DNA from: Octopus bimaculoides
Taxonomy: Eukaryota
Direction of reading: 5' to 3'
Assembly: GCF_001194135.2 (NCBI RefSeq)
Contig: NC_068985.1
Span: forward strand, 40,815,016 to 40,879,015
Length of the DNA: 64,000 nt
In this document: positions 52,860 to 64,000 of the stretch, piece after piece
How the letters are laid out: the number at the start of each line of letters is the position of its first letter
How positions within the stretch are numbered: position 1 is the stretch's first letter
Program-made: the position numbers and the translations under genes
The notes under the pieces: generated by a model
What the model was told of the DNA's origin: nothing
The model's input: the letters and a program-made list of their open reading frames with translations, nothing else
Databases searched by the model: none

Positions 52860-53785
52860 TAAATTTTTCAGATATTGTAAGTTTCCGAAGGTCGTCAACA
52901 CAGAGGAAACTGGACATATCTCCAATCGGATCTATTCGGATCCAATGGGCGAAAAAGCACAATATGTCGCTAAAAGAGGATAAATTTGAGCTAATCCACT
53001 TCAGAAAAGAAACTGCACTTAAACTAATTTATACTTTTCCCTCAGCGCGAAACCCTTGTGACATTAAACACAGATTGAGACTTCGGAGTAAGTGTCGATA
53101 ACAATTTAAGCTGCAATGCCCATATCAAAGGTGACATGTCCCGCAGGCAGTGCTCCTGGGTCCTTTAGGAATTTTTCGGTCAAGGGATGCTCTTACTATT
53201 GTCCTTCTCTTCTTTACCTTCGCTCGTCCTCACTTTCAGTAATGTTGACTGCTATGGTCTCTCTACACGTAACAAAGTATTATCAAAATTGGAGCACTCT
53301 AAAGAGCAATAAAGAAAATCTCAAACTCTCCCTCCGACGCCGCTGTGAGCGCAGTATCGTTTGTATAATGTGGAAAATATTTCATCAATATTGTCCAAAT
53401 CATGTTAGCACCAACTTCAAAATTCACTCAAGGCTTGATCCTCATACCATCCACTTTCTTCAAAAATCGCATCACAACACTATGAACAGAACTATTTCAC
53501 CTCAATTGGCCCTGCTCTCTTTAACATCATGCCAAGACACAATGGAGGAAAATAACCCATAACATTCAAAAGCTCTTGAAGAAATTCCTTCAAAAAATTC
53601 CAGATAAGCCACCTATACTCAGATATATCTCTGCAAACAATAAATCTTTACTCGAATGGGCTATGGTACCCAAAGTATGACTGTAGCATGAAACAGGTTA
53701 AATGTCTTCTCCAGATGGTGCTATTGAGATAGTCATGGCCTGGGCCAATTCTGGTCGAAACCAAAGCATCAAAGTAAATAAATGC
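52860..53785 (+). mobile_element. CR1/L2-group LINE 3' remnant
   Basis: WAKKHNMSLKEDKFELIHF, DFGVSVDNNL, SLRRRCERSIVCIMWKIF, FLQKIPDKP..YISANNKSLLEW; frameshifted. Confidence 0.75.
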
Positions 53786-55076
53786 ACATGTGCATGTTAT
53801 TTGAGCAGCGAGACTCGCGAAGCTGTGAGCAATCTTAATATAATAAATAATTACAATCCACTTCTATACTGAATGCTTTTTACCCTCTTACTTGTAAGCA
53901 AAAATGTGTGTGTTGGGGTATTATATGCATATGCACATATATGTTATTATGTATTTAATAATAAAAGGGTAAAATTAATTAATTAGTCAATCAATTAATT
54001 AATAATTTTACCTAGTAGATCGGTACGTAAAAATAACCCCTATAGGTAAAATTATACAAATATTCTATAATTATGAACATAATTATAATTAGGAGTCATC
54101 TAATTGCTTCACCACATACCGAATTTAGAAACAGGAGTTACAAATTCCTTTTCTGCTACTGTAAGAATCTCCACGACAGTAACACTTTTTTTACGTAGGC
54201 AAAGAGAAAGACAATGAATCAATACGACTCCGATTAGCCACAGGCGTGTTTCGAGATTCAAGTGTTTTAAAACACTTACTTCTCTCTTCAGTGTAGTATT
54301 TCCAATTATAAAATTTGAAAGTGCTAGGGTTAAATATGCACACGATCGAGCGACATCGTGTAACAGATATCCAATAAGCATATAAAAACCAGACATTCGT
54401 GTGCATGCGCACACACACATCCTAAAGAATCGCAACTTTGAAAGCAAGTTCCCGTGGAGATAAGCACAAACACTAAGGGTCACGCTAAAATTACTCAGCT
54501 ATGAGAAATAACACCATGGATATGTCCTTTCTTTCACAGTTCAATTCATTGAAAACATCTTTAAAAATCGTATGTAAAAAGTTCCGTAATACTGATGAAA
54601 ACAAAAGGAAAAAGAAAGAACATCAATACAAACTTAAAGCAACAATGATAACTAAATTATCAAATGAATCGGGATCGATAAAATGATTATCAGTTGAATA
54701 CTGAGGGCAATGTAATCAACTTCTCCTTCGAAATTGTTGACCTTGTGCGAAAATTTGAAATCAGTATTTGGCAGGATTAGAAATTTGAAATTAAGTAATT
54801 ATAAGAAATGTGGAAAGAATTCACATACTTAATATGAATGAATAGAAATATCATTAAAAACATGCCCTCTCACCAAAAAATAACTATGGATAGGCAGAAA
54901 AATAACAGTCAATTAACAAAAGGAAAATGCAAACAAATGAACAAGCACAAACATGAAACCAGGCTCGCATCAATGAATACAAATATTACCGCCAAGGCTG
55001 AAATGTAACAGTTCTCATGTAAAGATCGTGGTGACATGAAACTTGAGTTGCAGGATAAAAATTTACTTTCATTTAA

Positions 55077-55152
<76 letters not shown>

Positions 55153-55214
55153 GAGGCACCATAAGCAAACCATACAAATCTGCACATGTATGCATACATA
55201 TACACAAACATGAT

Positions 55215-55300
55215 GTAATTGCAATGAGGGAGCCTTCGATCTTGGTCAGAAATCAGCTCTTTCTCCATCGGCAAGAAATCTAGAAATAAAACTAAATAGT
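55215..55300 (+). mobile_element. Degenerate inverted 3' UTR fragment of the same R4/Dong family
   Basis: gcaatgagggagccttcgatcttggtcagaaatcagctcttt...gaaataaaactaaata resembles the reverse complement of 56001-56080; followed by degenerate CATA repeats. Confidence 0.6.
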
Positions 55301-55362
55301 AATAGACATACAAACATGCATACATATATATGCTACACACACACATACACACATACAATAAA

Positions 55363-55530
55363 CATAGGCATACTGATTCAGTTGTATTATTTAATCGCTG
55401 TTTTAGTTTCGTGTTTTCCGCTATCAAAAGAACCGACGACCACTACAACAGTAACCATTATTACGGAGAACTTTTTAAAGATACAAAATTGTGAAGGAGG
55501 GACACACATTGTTTATGAGCTTGAGACTCA
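55363..55530 (+). repeat. 168-bp direct repeat, copy A (partner at 56552-56719)
   Basis: cataggcatactgattcag...gagcttgagactca is nearly identical at both sites. Confidence 0.9.
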
Positions 55531-56227
55531 CGCGAAAGACGGCTTCGCTTTCATTTCATTCTTATTTAATGCAGTCTTTCTTGTAGGCTCTGAGAGTTTT
55601 ATTTTTTTATTGTTTTAAAAAAGTTATATGGGAGAGTGTTATGGGGTTTGCGTGTAAAGCTCAAAGGAAGTATGTGATNNNNNNNNNNNNNNNNNNNNNN
55701 NNNNNNNNNNNNNNNNNNNNNNNNNNNNNNNNNNNNNNNNNNNNNNNNNNNNNNNNNNNNNNNNNNNNNNNNNNNNNNNNNNNNNNNNNNNNNNNNNNNN
55801 NNNNNNNNNNNNNNNNNNNNNNNNNNNNNNNNNNNNNNNNNNNNNNNNNNNNNNNNNNNNNNNNNNNNNNNNNNNNNNNNNNNNNNNNNNNNNNNNNNNN
55901 NNNNNNNNNAATACGTGCACATGAACACGTATGCTTATATTTTCCCGACTGCCTTCGTGTATGTATGTATGTATGTATGTATGTATGTAGCGTATGTATG
56001 TTATTCGTTTTTATTTCAAAATTTCTGGCTAATAAAGAACTGGTTTCTAATCTAGATTCAAAGCTCCTTCATTGGAATTTCAACACCAACAACAGGGTAT
56101 TTTTGTTTGTATGTATGTATGTATGTATGTATGTATGTATGTATGTATGTATGTATGTACAGATTTGTATGTTTTATGTATGTATTCTCATGTATATAGT
56201 TGCATATCTAGACATGTTCATATATAT

Positions 56228-57705
56228 TTAAATGATAAGCTTCAGGAAAGTTTTACAGATTTTTACAGTTCCAGTGATGAACTGGATATGTAGTCTTCGA
56301 ATTAGCTTTCTCATTTCTGGTTTTGAGAAGCCTAATTTCTCAAGATTGGTATTTAGGCAGTGTGTTACATATCCCAGGACTCTAATAATTACAGGTACAA
56401 ACCTGAAGTTGTAATCTGGATAGATTAACTGCAGATTTCTCAAGAGTTCAGCGGAAGTATTCTCTCTTTTACTGATCTTCAACTTTATGTTAACATCCGC
56501 TGGGCAGCTAATTTCCACAACTGTGCTCAGTTTCTCTTGTCCATCCCAAATCATAGGCATACTGATTCAGTTGTATTAGTTAATCGCTGTTTTAGTTTCG
56601 TGTTTTCCGCTATCAAAAGAACCGACGACCACTACAACAGTAACCATTATTACGGAGAACTTTTTAAAGATACAAAATTGTGAGGGAGGGACACACATTG
56701 TTTATGAGCTTGAGACTCATTATATGGTTTGTTGTGCTTACATTTTATTGAGGTCTTCATTGGGACATTCCACCAGTACTCCTTATTATTATGAGTAGCT
56801 ATGGCTTCTACCATAGTGCGAGTTCTTATTTCTTTGTCCTCGGAGTTATCCTTCCGACGTATTTCATTATAGAGTGCGCTAGCTACAACATCATGTCTCA
56901 TCGGTAGATAATAACCGTGATGACATTTTCGACAACTGCTTATGATGTGGGTGATATTTTCAGTATCAAATCCATAAAGTCTGCATCGGTTGTCACATCT
57001 TACTGCTTTTCCTGCATCTCTATCCCTTTTGCGCATCAGGCACCTGGCTGATATTTCCTGTTCCTGGATTGCAAACGCATACCCTTTAAAGTGGGAGGCA
57101 GTAATCCGGCTATTGGTCCTTGATAGACTGCTTTGATAATCAATGTTACTATTATCGTGGAGCTTTCCAGTAACATATCCATGCATAGTCTTCTGCTGAT
57201 ATAGGCTCACCCTTTCATCTGATGATACGTTGAGGTAGAGTCGTGTGACTTCTTTGAGCATGTATTCTAGATTATCAGACAAAGAATGTTGCTCAAGTAG
57301 CTGCCTTCCAAGTCTTATGATGTTATCAGCCTCATGTATGCGACACTTGGTGGGTAAAAGATGTTGCCAAAGGGATATGATACGACATTCAAATGCATTT
57401 TGGATCGATGTTAAGTCTCTTCCATCTTGTTTTCGTTTTAGGTAGAGGCGGTCTATGTCACTGCTTATGTGGAAATTATGTGTGCTTGTTAGTATTTTTC
57501 GGATTTTCACATCAGTGGCTCGGATTTCATCAAGCGTCCAATCAAGCAGCCCAAATGTTGGTATGAGTACTGGCACTGCAAACCCATTTTGGGCCACTGT
57601 TTTATTGAATGCAGTGAGTTTTGTGGTCCAAATTTTCTTTATTCGGCTGTAATATTCTTTAGTGACACGTGTTTTGTTACAAGTGCCATTGTAATATACG
57701 CTTTC
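56228..57705 (-). pseudogene. Disrupted RT-thumb/zinc-knuckle/RLE ORF of R4/Dong copy 1
   Basis: ORFs 56650-57783 and 56228-56560 are one protein split by a 168-bp insert at the NKPD motif; the N-terminal HPSI/HTYI text is microsatellite. Confidence 0.85.
56552..56719 (+). repeat. 168-bp direct repeat, copy B, inserted in the RLE coding region
   Basis: Same sequence as 55363-55530; interrupts HNKP|MIWD. Confidence 0.9.
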
Positions 57706-57771
57706 ATGTATGTATGCATGTATGTATGTATGTATGTATGTATGTATGGATGGATGGATGGATGGATGGAT
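57706..57771. repeat. (ATGT)n/(ATGG)n microsatellite between R4/Dong copies 1 and 2
   Basis: Directly visible; equivalent tracts at about 55959-55990, 56108-56158, 59363-59446 and 60087-60146. Confidence 0.95.
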
Positions 57772-58157
57772 GTTTGTTATCATTCAGTTTTATTTCAAGA
57801 TTTTTTTGCTATTAGAAGAAGAACCGGTTTCTAACGTAGATCTTAAAGCTCCATCGCTGGAATTTCTACAACGTCAACAGGATATTTGTGAATATTTGTA
57901 TGTTTGCAGCATTTGGAGTCAGTGTATGCGCAGATTTGTATTTTTTGTTTTATGTATGTATTTTCATGCATATAGTTCCATGTCTTCTCAAATACTAACT
58001 TCTCAAAAGTTTAACAAATTTTTAGTTATATTGATGGCTTGAATCTGAAATTTTCTAATTGATTTTCTCTTTTCTGCTTTTAAGAAGCCTAATTCCTCAA
58101 GATTGGTGCTTAGACAGTTTGTTACATATCCCAATTGTAACCTAACTTGTAACCCGG

Positions 58158-58335
58158 CAGGCCCGTCACCATACTTTGGTACTTGGGAGTGTTTCAGAAT
58201 ATTTTGAGTGGACACTAATTTGTATTGCAGGAAGAGTTTTGTAAACACTATTTTCTAAATCTGAGGGTGCACAATTGACTAATGAGGGTGCAATGCTGTC
58301 CGGTGACCCTCCCCCAATCCTTAGCGACGGGCATG
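58158..58335. mobile_element. MITE (hAT- or P-like) inside R4/Dong copy 2
   Basis: TIRs caggcccgtcacca / tagcgacgggcatg; 7-bp duplication aacccgg / aatccgg; absent from copy 1 at the homologous site. Confidence 0.7.
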
Positions 58336-58493
58336 AATCCGGGTAGAGTAACTGTAAATTTTTCAACGGTTCAGCGTAGGTGTTTTCTTTTCCACTGATC
58401 TTTAGCTTTATGTTGACATCTGCTCACAGCTGATTTCCACTTGCGTACATAGTTTATCATTTTGTCCCAAATCACGATGCCTGGTCTATTATA

Positions 58494-59245
58494 CAGGGTG
58501 GCTTACGAAAAAGTAGCTCGGGTTCCGTAGCGTGGTGCAAATACAGAAATAAATTTACACACACGAAAAAGCACCCAACCTTTCGCTTGCAAGTGTCATT
58601 ATGTTATTTCAATCGCTTGTAACTGTTGAATAAAGATGGTGCATTAATCTAGTGCTTGCTACATTATCCTCACCGCATCCTCACCACATTAGCTGATTGT
58701 AAGATTGCATTGAGCGAACATCTCTATCCTTTTCTGTATCCATAGAGGAAAGAATGAAGATTGTAGAAGCGTATGTGAGAACTGGTTCTGTTAAGCAAAC
58801 ACATGAAATTTTTGAAAGCAAATTTCCGAGTAAAGGCTTACTGGCAGGGAGAACGATAGAAATGTTGGTTAAAAAGTGGCACGTTACAAGGCCAGTGCAC
58901 AACGCCCCGAAACAAAGAGACCCTACAGTTCGAACGCTGGAAGTTGTTCAGGACATTCACCAAAGGATTAGTCGAAATCCAAAGAAGTCAATGCGTAAAT
59001 TGGCGCAGCAAGTCTCACATAAACAAGAGACTGTTGAAAAGTCTAAAGTTAAAACTATATCATCTCACATGTGAACAGCAATTAAAAGTGGATGACAGGA
59101 GCAAACGAGTAAATTAGTAAATTACTGTACATGGCTTCTGAATAGCATTGCTAATGTTGAGCTACACCCATTCCAGCATTCGAAAATTCATTTCTATATT
59201 TACACTATGCTACAGAACCCGGGCTACATTTTGTGTATCACCCTG
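58494..59245 (+). mobile_element. Internally deleted Tc1/mariner element (752 bp)
   Basis: About 37-bp imperfect TIRs (cagggtggcttacgaaaaagtagctcgggttccgtagc / gctacagaacccgggctacattttgtgtatcaccctg); flanked by TA on the left and CA (decayed TA) on the right. Confidence 0.85.
58754..59150 (+). pseudogene. Mariner transposase N-terminal HTH fragment (DUF4817-like); catalytic domain deleted
   Basis: IVEAYVRTGSVKQTHEIFESKFP...RTIEMLVKKW...TVRTLEVV...RNPKKSMRKLAQQ, then frameshifted LKLYHL..QQLKVDDRSKRV. Confidence 0.75.
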
Positions 59246-59447
59246 CATTTACCCTTTATTGAAGTTTCAACTGGGACATTCCTCCAGTACTCTTTCATAT
59301 TATGAATGACTATAGCCGCTACCATACTGTGGGTTCTTATCGCTTTGGTCTCGGGATTACATTATGTATGTATGTATGTATGTATGTATGTATGTATGTA
59401 TNNNNNNNNNNTGTATGTATGTATGTATGTATGTATGTATGTATGCA

Positions 59448-60086
59448 TGTTCTCTTTCTCTATTCAATTTAGAAGTTTCGACCGGCCACTTACTTGGTAG
59501 CAAGATTGTGAAGGAAAGTATCTTGTTTTAATCATCATCTTTTAAATCTTAAGAAGTTCTTGCAGGTTTTTATAGTTCCAGACATCATAATCATTTATAG
59601 ATCATTTAAGGATTTGCCTTCTCAACCTGAGGTGTCAAGTTCAGTCATAATTTATTCCAGACGGATTGGTATGTAACCTGTTGCTCCCATAATAATAGGT
59701 ATATAACTGAAAGTGTACCTTGGGTACTGAATTTGAAAACTCCTTATCATTGGTCCATAGACGTTCACTTTCTCTTGTATTTTTCTAACCACATAGGCGT
59801 CCATAGGGCAACTGATTTCCACAACAGAACATTTCTTTTCCTTCTGGTCCCATTCAACAATATCTGGCCGTTTTAAGTTTTTAAGTTTCACCAATATTCT
59901 TTTGACCCATCGGTCTCAATATGGTCAACTTCAAGGGTAGGTGTTTTCTTTTTTGTAATCCTGTTCCAGGTTGTTCTGACCACCGCATCATGCATCATGA
60001 GAAGATAATATCTGGAAGACATTCTCTCGCAGTTGGCAATAATGTGGTTGATGTCTTCAGTTTTCATCTTGCAAAGTACACATTTG
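59448..60086 (-). mobile_element. R4/Dong-type retrotransposon 3' fragment, copy 3 (different 3' UTR)
   Basis: CKMKTEDINHIIANC, MHDAVV, KRPDIVEWD..CSVVEISCPMD..EK (PD-(D/E)xK RLE), GTIKTCKNFL; (TGTA)n on both sides. Confidence 0.82.
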
Positions 60087-60234
60087 ATGTATGTATGTAT
60101 GTATGTATGTATGTATGTATGTATGTATGTATGTATGTATGTATGTAGCTGTCTTACAACGAGAAAAAGGAAGAACGAAAAATGATGCTAGCATACAAAA
60201 TCAAAACATCATAATGATAACCATACTAATGGCA

Positions 60235-60249
60235 GTGATGATGATGATA

Positions 60250-60299
<50 letters not shown>
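60235..60299. repeat. (GAT)n microsatellite
   Basis: Directly visible. Other large SSRs include (TATC)n at about 51128-51185 and 51636-51722, (CA)n at about 55079-55135, and GA-rich tracts at about 25520-25590 and 63325-63420. Confidence 0.95.
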
Positions 60300-62339
60300 A
60301 TATTCAGTTGCCACAGGGGCATCGAAAGAGAATTATTTTTTAAAAGAAGATGAAGAAAAATGCAGAAAAAGACGATTTTACATAGATTTTATAAAATTTT
60401 ATAAATTCAATTTTCATTTAAATGAATAAAAAAAAATTGAAATGAAACAGTAAAAAGAGATAAACTATTCAGAGAGGTTCAGCGCATTCTGAAAACTCAA
60501 CGGCCATTCATGTACGCGGTGAATGAAATTCTTCCCGTCTAGCCTGCAAACAATAACTGGAAGGAGATTTAAGACAATCGCCTGCGTTAAACCTGTCATT
60601 AAAATCCTCAACTGTTCATAACTATTTAAAGGGCAGAAACTTCTCTCACAATTTTCACCTCTTCCCCCACTGGAAGCGTTACATGAAGAAAACAGCTAAT
60701 AGTTTGTCAGAAAAGACTGACACGCATTGAAAGTAATTCTTATTTAAAAAATTGCCTCTTCTGCTAATCAATTTGATTACCAAAAGGCTCTATGATGTCA
60801 CTAATAATGTTCAACCTTTTACCTGCAATTTTATGGCTCTCAGTAACTGGCCTCTTGATAGTAGTTGTTTAGCCTAAAGGATACAATACATCACGAAAGT
60901 GTTGAGCGACAACAGCTTCATATACAAAGCACACACTGAGCTCAAGAAAAATAAATCTAAACAAGATTCTTCGTGCTCAAGTATTCTTTTGAACATCCGG
61001 AAAGAAGGTTTTCCATGAGTATATTTTATTTTATTTTAAAATACTGCTCGGTTCCGTTTAACATACTTTACCTGTATTAGAACACGCAAAGTAATTCTAT
61101 ACAAGCACGTTTCCTACAATGGGATGCTTATTGTGTTTGAGCGAGTAATCCTTGATTCATTTTCAGAATGAATTTGCTTTGAAAAATCTGAATCGTTGAC
61201 TTCTTGCCGACGCGCATCGAAAGTTGTCGATTTGTAACTTATTACTACCGAATGGAGGAAGTACTATGAACTTCATTATTGTTCTGTTCCATAGCAAGAA
61301 AATTGCAGCAAAGCTACGTGATAGTAATGTCAGACGTGGCATGCAGACCACCATATAACTGCTCTTTCGTTTCATTTTGACAAGCGCATTGCGTTTTCAT
61401 TCTTCTCTTCTGTTTTATGAATTCAGTGTACACATGTACATTGCGTGTTCATACTTATCTTTCCGGTTCCTACTCAAAACTTTACAGATCACAGCCATCT
61501 CACGAACGTGCGTTCGTAACAAGCGCTTCGCGCTCCAATGGCTGTGTAAAGAAGTGTACTGGATCTTAAATGCTATTTGTCTCGTGAACGTTTTTTTTAT
61601 CTACTTTTGCGTTGCTCGCTTGCTGACACCTGCAAAAAAAAAAAAAGAACAAAACACCGAGGAAATTTGAATTCTCTCTCCATCTCGTTACTCCTACGAT
61701 GTTAGTCCATCCCACTCTCAGATCTTGTACTAAGCACTTCGCCATATATTTTCGCTCCAAACCTTTGGATGTATTGGCAGTGCGATATGGCGTTGGGATA
61801 ACGTAATTGAAGTAACAATTGGAAGAAAAAGGTGTTGTCCAACGAGTTTAAATAGTTTGCACATTGCTAGGTCAGAGGAGGAGAAACAGTTGTTGTACTA
61901 GTAGTAGGTATAGAGGAAATAGACCGTAAATTAGTAGTTGAAGCGTGCTGGTGTACGAGCAATCGCTCTGTAGACCATCAAAACATGGAATGGACTAAAA
62001 TAGTTTGCAAGAGACAACAGTGAGGTAACAGTAAACTGTAGAACTTAACCAGTATTCAAATTCATCCCATGAATATAGAATTAGAGAAATATACCAAATC
62101 TATATTCTGAGTAAAATTAACAAAATTAGTTTTTAAGAAAACTAAATTAACATAAATAAAAACGTAAAATATTTTTAAAGTTTTATAAAAACAAAGTAAA
62201 CAGATTCGAAGCAACCAGTATTGGTGTCCACCGGAAGTCAATGAGTATAAAGAGATGAAAAGTGGAATAAATTAATTTGGTGTGTGGAAGAAGAAATGGC
62301 TAACATTTCGGAATATCGCCTTTGCCAAAGAGTAACGTT

Positions 62340-62620
62340 TTCTGATACATTGAAGGAATAGATTGGTTGTAGTAAGAAAGATTAATGTTAAAAAGGTGCA
62401 CGACATTCAGGCTGAAGAGTAAGTTAAGCCAGGTGAAGTTTCTTTTCCTGGGGTTCTTTTGTTTGGTATCTGTTTGCAGTTTTTTTGTTACATATTGCAG
62501 CTTCTCGTTAAACTCACTTGATTTTAGGACTTCGTTATAGAGTACTGTCGCATGGTCGAAGATTTCTTGATCAGGCGAAATTTTCGAAATTCTCCTGCTA
62601 CTGTTGTTAACGACATAATT
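62340..62620 (-). mobile_element. Penelope-like element remnant (post-RT region)
   Basis: RRISKISPDQEIFDHATVLYNEVLKSSEFNEKLQY...RKRNFTWLNLLFSLNV resembles the PLE RKRNIIWFNPPYS motif. Confidence 0.65.
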
Positions 62621-63094
62621 ACATAAGCACATTTTTATACAAATCCAAAGGACAGACAAGCCACAAAAAATCCACTAGGCATCCTAACCACTACACAATC
62701 CCTCTCAACACGCACATGCAAACGTACACCTCACCCACCTGCAAAACATGAAAACAGAATTCCTTCACATCCCAAATAAAACCTCCCTACAGTCACACCA
62801 CACACACACACACACACACACACACNNNNNNNNNNNNNNNNNNNNNNNNNNNNNNNNNNNNNNNNNNNNNNNNNNNNNNNNNNNNNNNNNNNNNNNNNNN
62901 NNNNNNNNNNNNNNNNNNNNNNNNNNNNNNNNNNNNNNNNNNNNNNNNNNNNNNNNNNNNNNNNNNNNNNNNNNNNNNNNNNNNNNNNNNNNNNNNNNNN
63001 NNNNNNNNNNNNNNNNNNNNNNNNNNNNNNNNNNNNNNNNNNNNNNNNNNNNNNNNNNNNNNNNNNNNNNNNNNCAAAAAATAAATACAAATTA

Positions 63095-63134
<40 letters not shown>

Positions 63135-63314
63135 ACATATCTTTTCTAATATATGGAAAGCAAAATAGTTTTAAAGAACAAATATTTTTTACTCACAAAT
63201 CGATCCTCCGAATCACTGAGTCGTGAAAAAGCATCAGTCATTAGGAATGTACCAAATAGATATACTCTTAATTACTTTTTCAAATAGCATCTTACACACA
63301 CGCAAACATAAGCA

Positions 63315-63365
<51 letters not shown>

Positions 63366-64000
63366 GAGAGAAAGAGAGAAAGAAAGAAAGAGAGAGGAAA
63401 CGACAGAAAGAGAGAAAGAAGAAAGTGTCCCAACATCAGCTCACCTACAACTGCTAAATAACATAACTTCCTGACGAGAAATACAAACGAAGGGACCACG
63501 TTGCGAGACAAGCGCACAGATCACATTGCAGTGAAAAAACAAAATCATATTCTCGACAACATGTATCAAGCACACTTTTCCCGTTCATCCAATATAAACC
63601 AACTTATCCACGCACGTCCACACGCATACGCGCACAGACGAACACCGCGCTGTTAACATGCAACATATGTAGCTACAGATATTCCTAACGTCGATACTGT
63701 TATTGCTACTAGTAGGCTAAAAGTTTGGTGGGTTGGTTATATTATTTTGATGTCAGTAATGGTAGAGGTACTGTTGCTGTTGTTGGTGGAGGTCATACTG
63801 TTCTTATTAATTGTATTGTTGTCGCTATTTAGTCTCAAATCAATTCTCAGTGACCTAAGACCTAAAGACATTTCATTCAACACGCAATATACTCTAGGAC
63901 AACTAAATAATCTCGTGGAATTTTTAATCCTTTACTATTTACCTTTATTTCTTTGGTCATTGAGTAGTTTGGGGTTTGGTAATGGTGGTAGTTATATATA

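Larger units (their letters stand above)
56001..57705 (-). mobile_element. R4/Dong-type RLE non-LTR retrotransposon, 5'-truncated copy 1
   Basis: RT thumb region (DIDRLYLKRKQDGRDL), CCHC-like knuckle (CRLYGFDTENITHIISSC), RHDVVA, WWNVP..HNKP, VVEISCP..D and C-terminal GTVKICKTFL, followed by a 3' UTR. Flanked by (TGTA)n on both sides. Confidence 0.88.
57772..59362 (-). mobile_element. R4/Dong-type retrotransposon 3' fragment, copy 2 (interrupted by a mariner element and a MITE)
   Basis: 3' UTR homologous to copy 1; KEYWRNVPVETSIK..NRPGIVIWD motif spans the mariner insertion; microsatellite on both sides. Confidence 0.82.

Overview
AT-rich, microsatellite- and SINE-dense eukaryotic DNA with 10 assembly gaps. 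The repeat families look like those of an octopod cephalopod (inference from remembered Octopus repeat sequences, not a database hit). One host gene is recognisable: a CNRIP1 (CB1 cannabinoid receptor-interacting protein 1) homolog on the minus strand. Coding exon 1 is at 48769-48603 and exon 2 at 8162-8018, joined by a 40.4-kb GT-AG phase-2 intron. I could not find the terminal exon in the window. The intron holds tRNA-derived SINEs, RTE-LINE remnants and hAT, piggyBac and mariner MITEs. Upstream of the gene, three 5'-truncated R4/Dong-type (RLE-endonuclease) retrotransposon copies lie head-to-tail at 56.0-60.1 kb, each bounded by (TACA)n/(TGTA)n microsatellite, which suggests microsatellite-targeted insertion. 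CR1-like and Penelope-like remnants are also present. CpG content appears to rise sharply near 40 kb. Nearly all ORFs in the supplied track are artefacts of microsatellites, gaps or repeats. All homology calls are by eye from remembered motifs and need confirmation by alignment.
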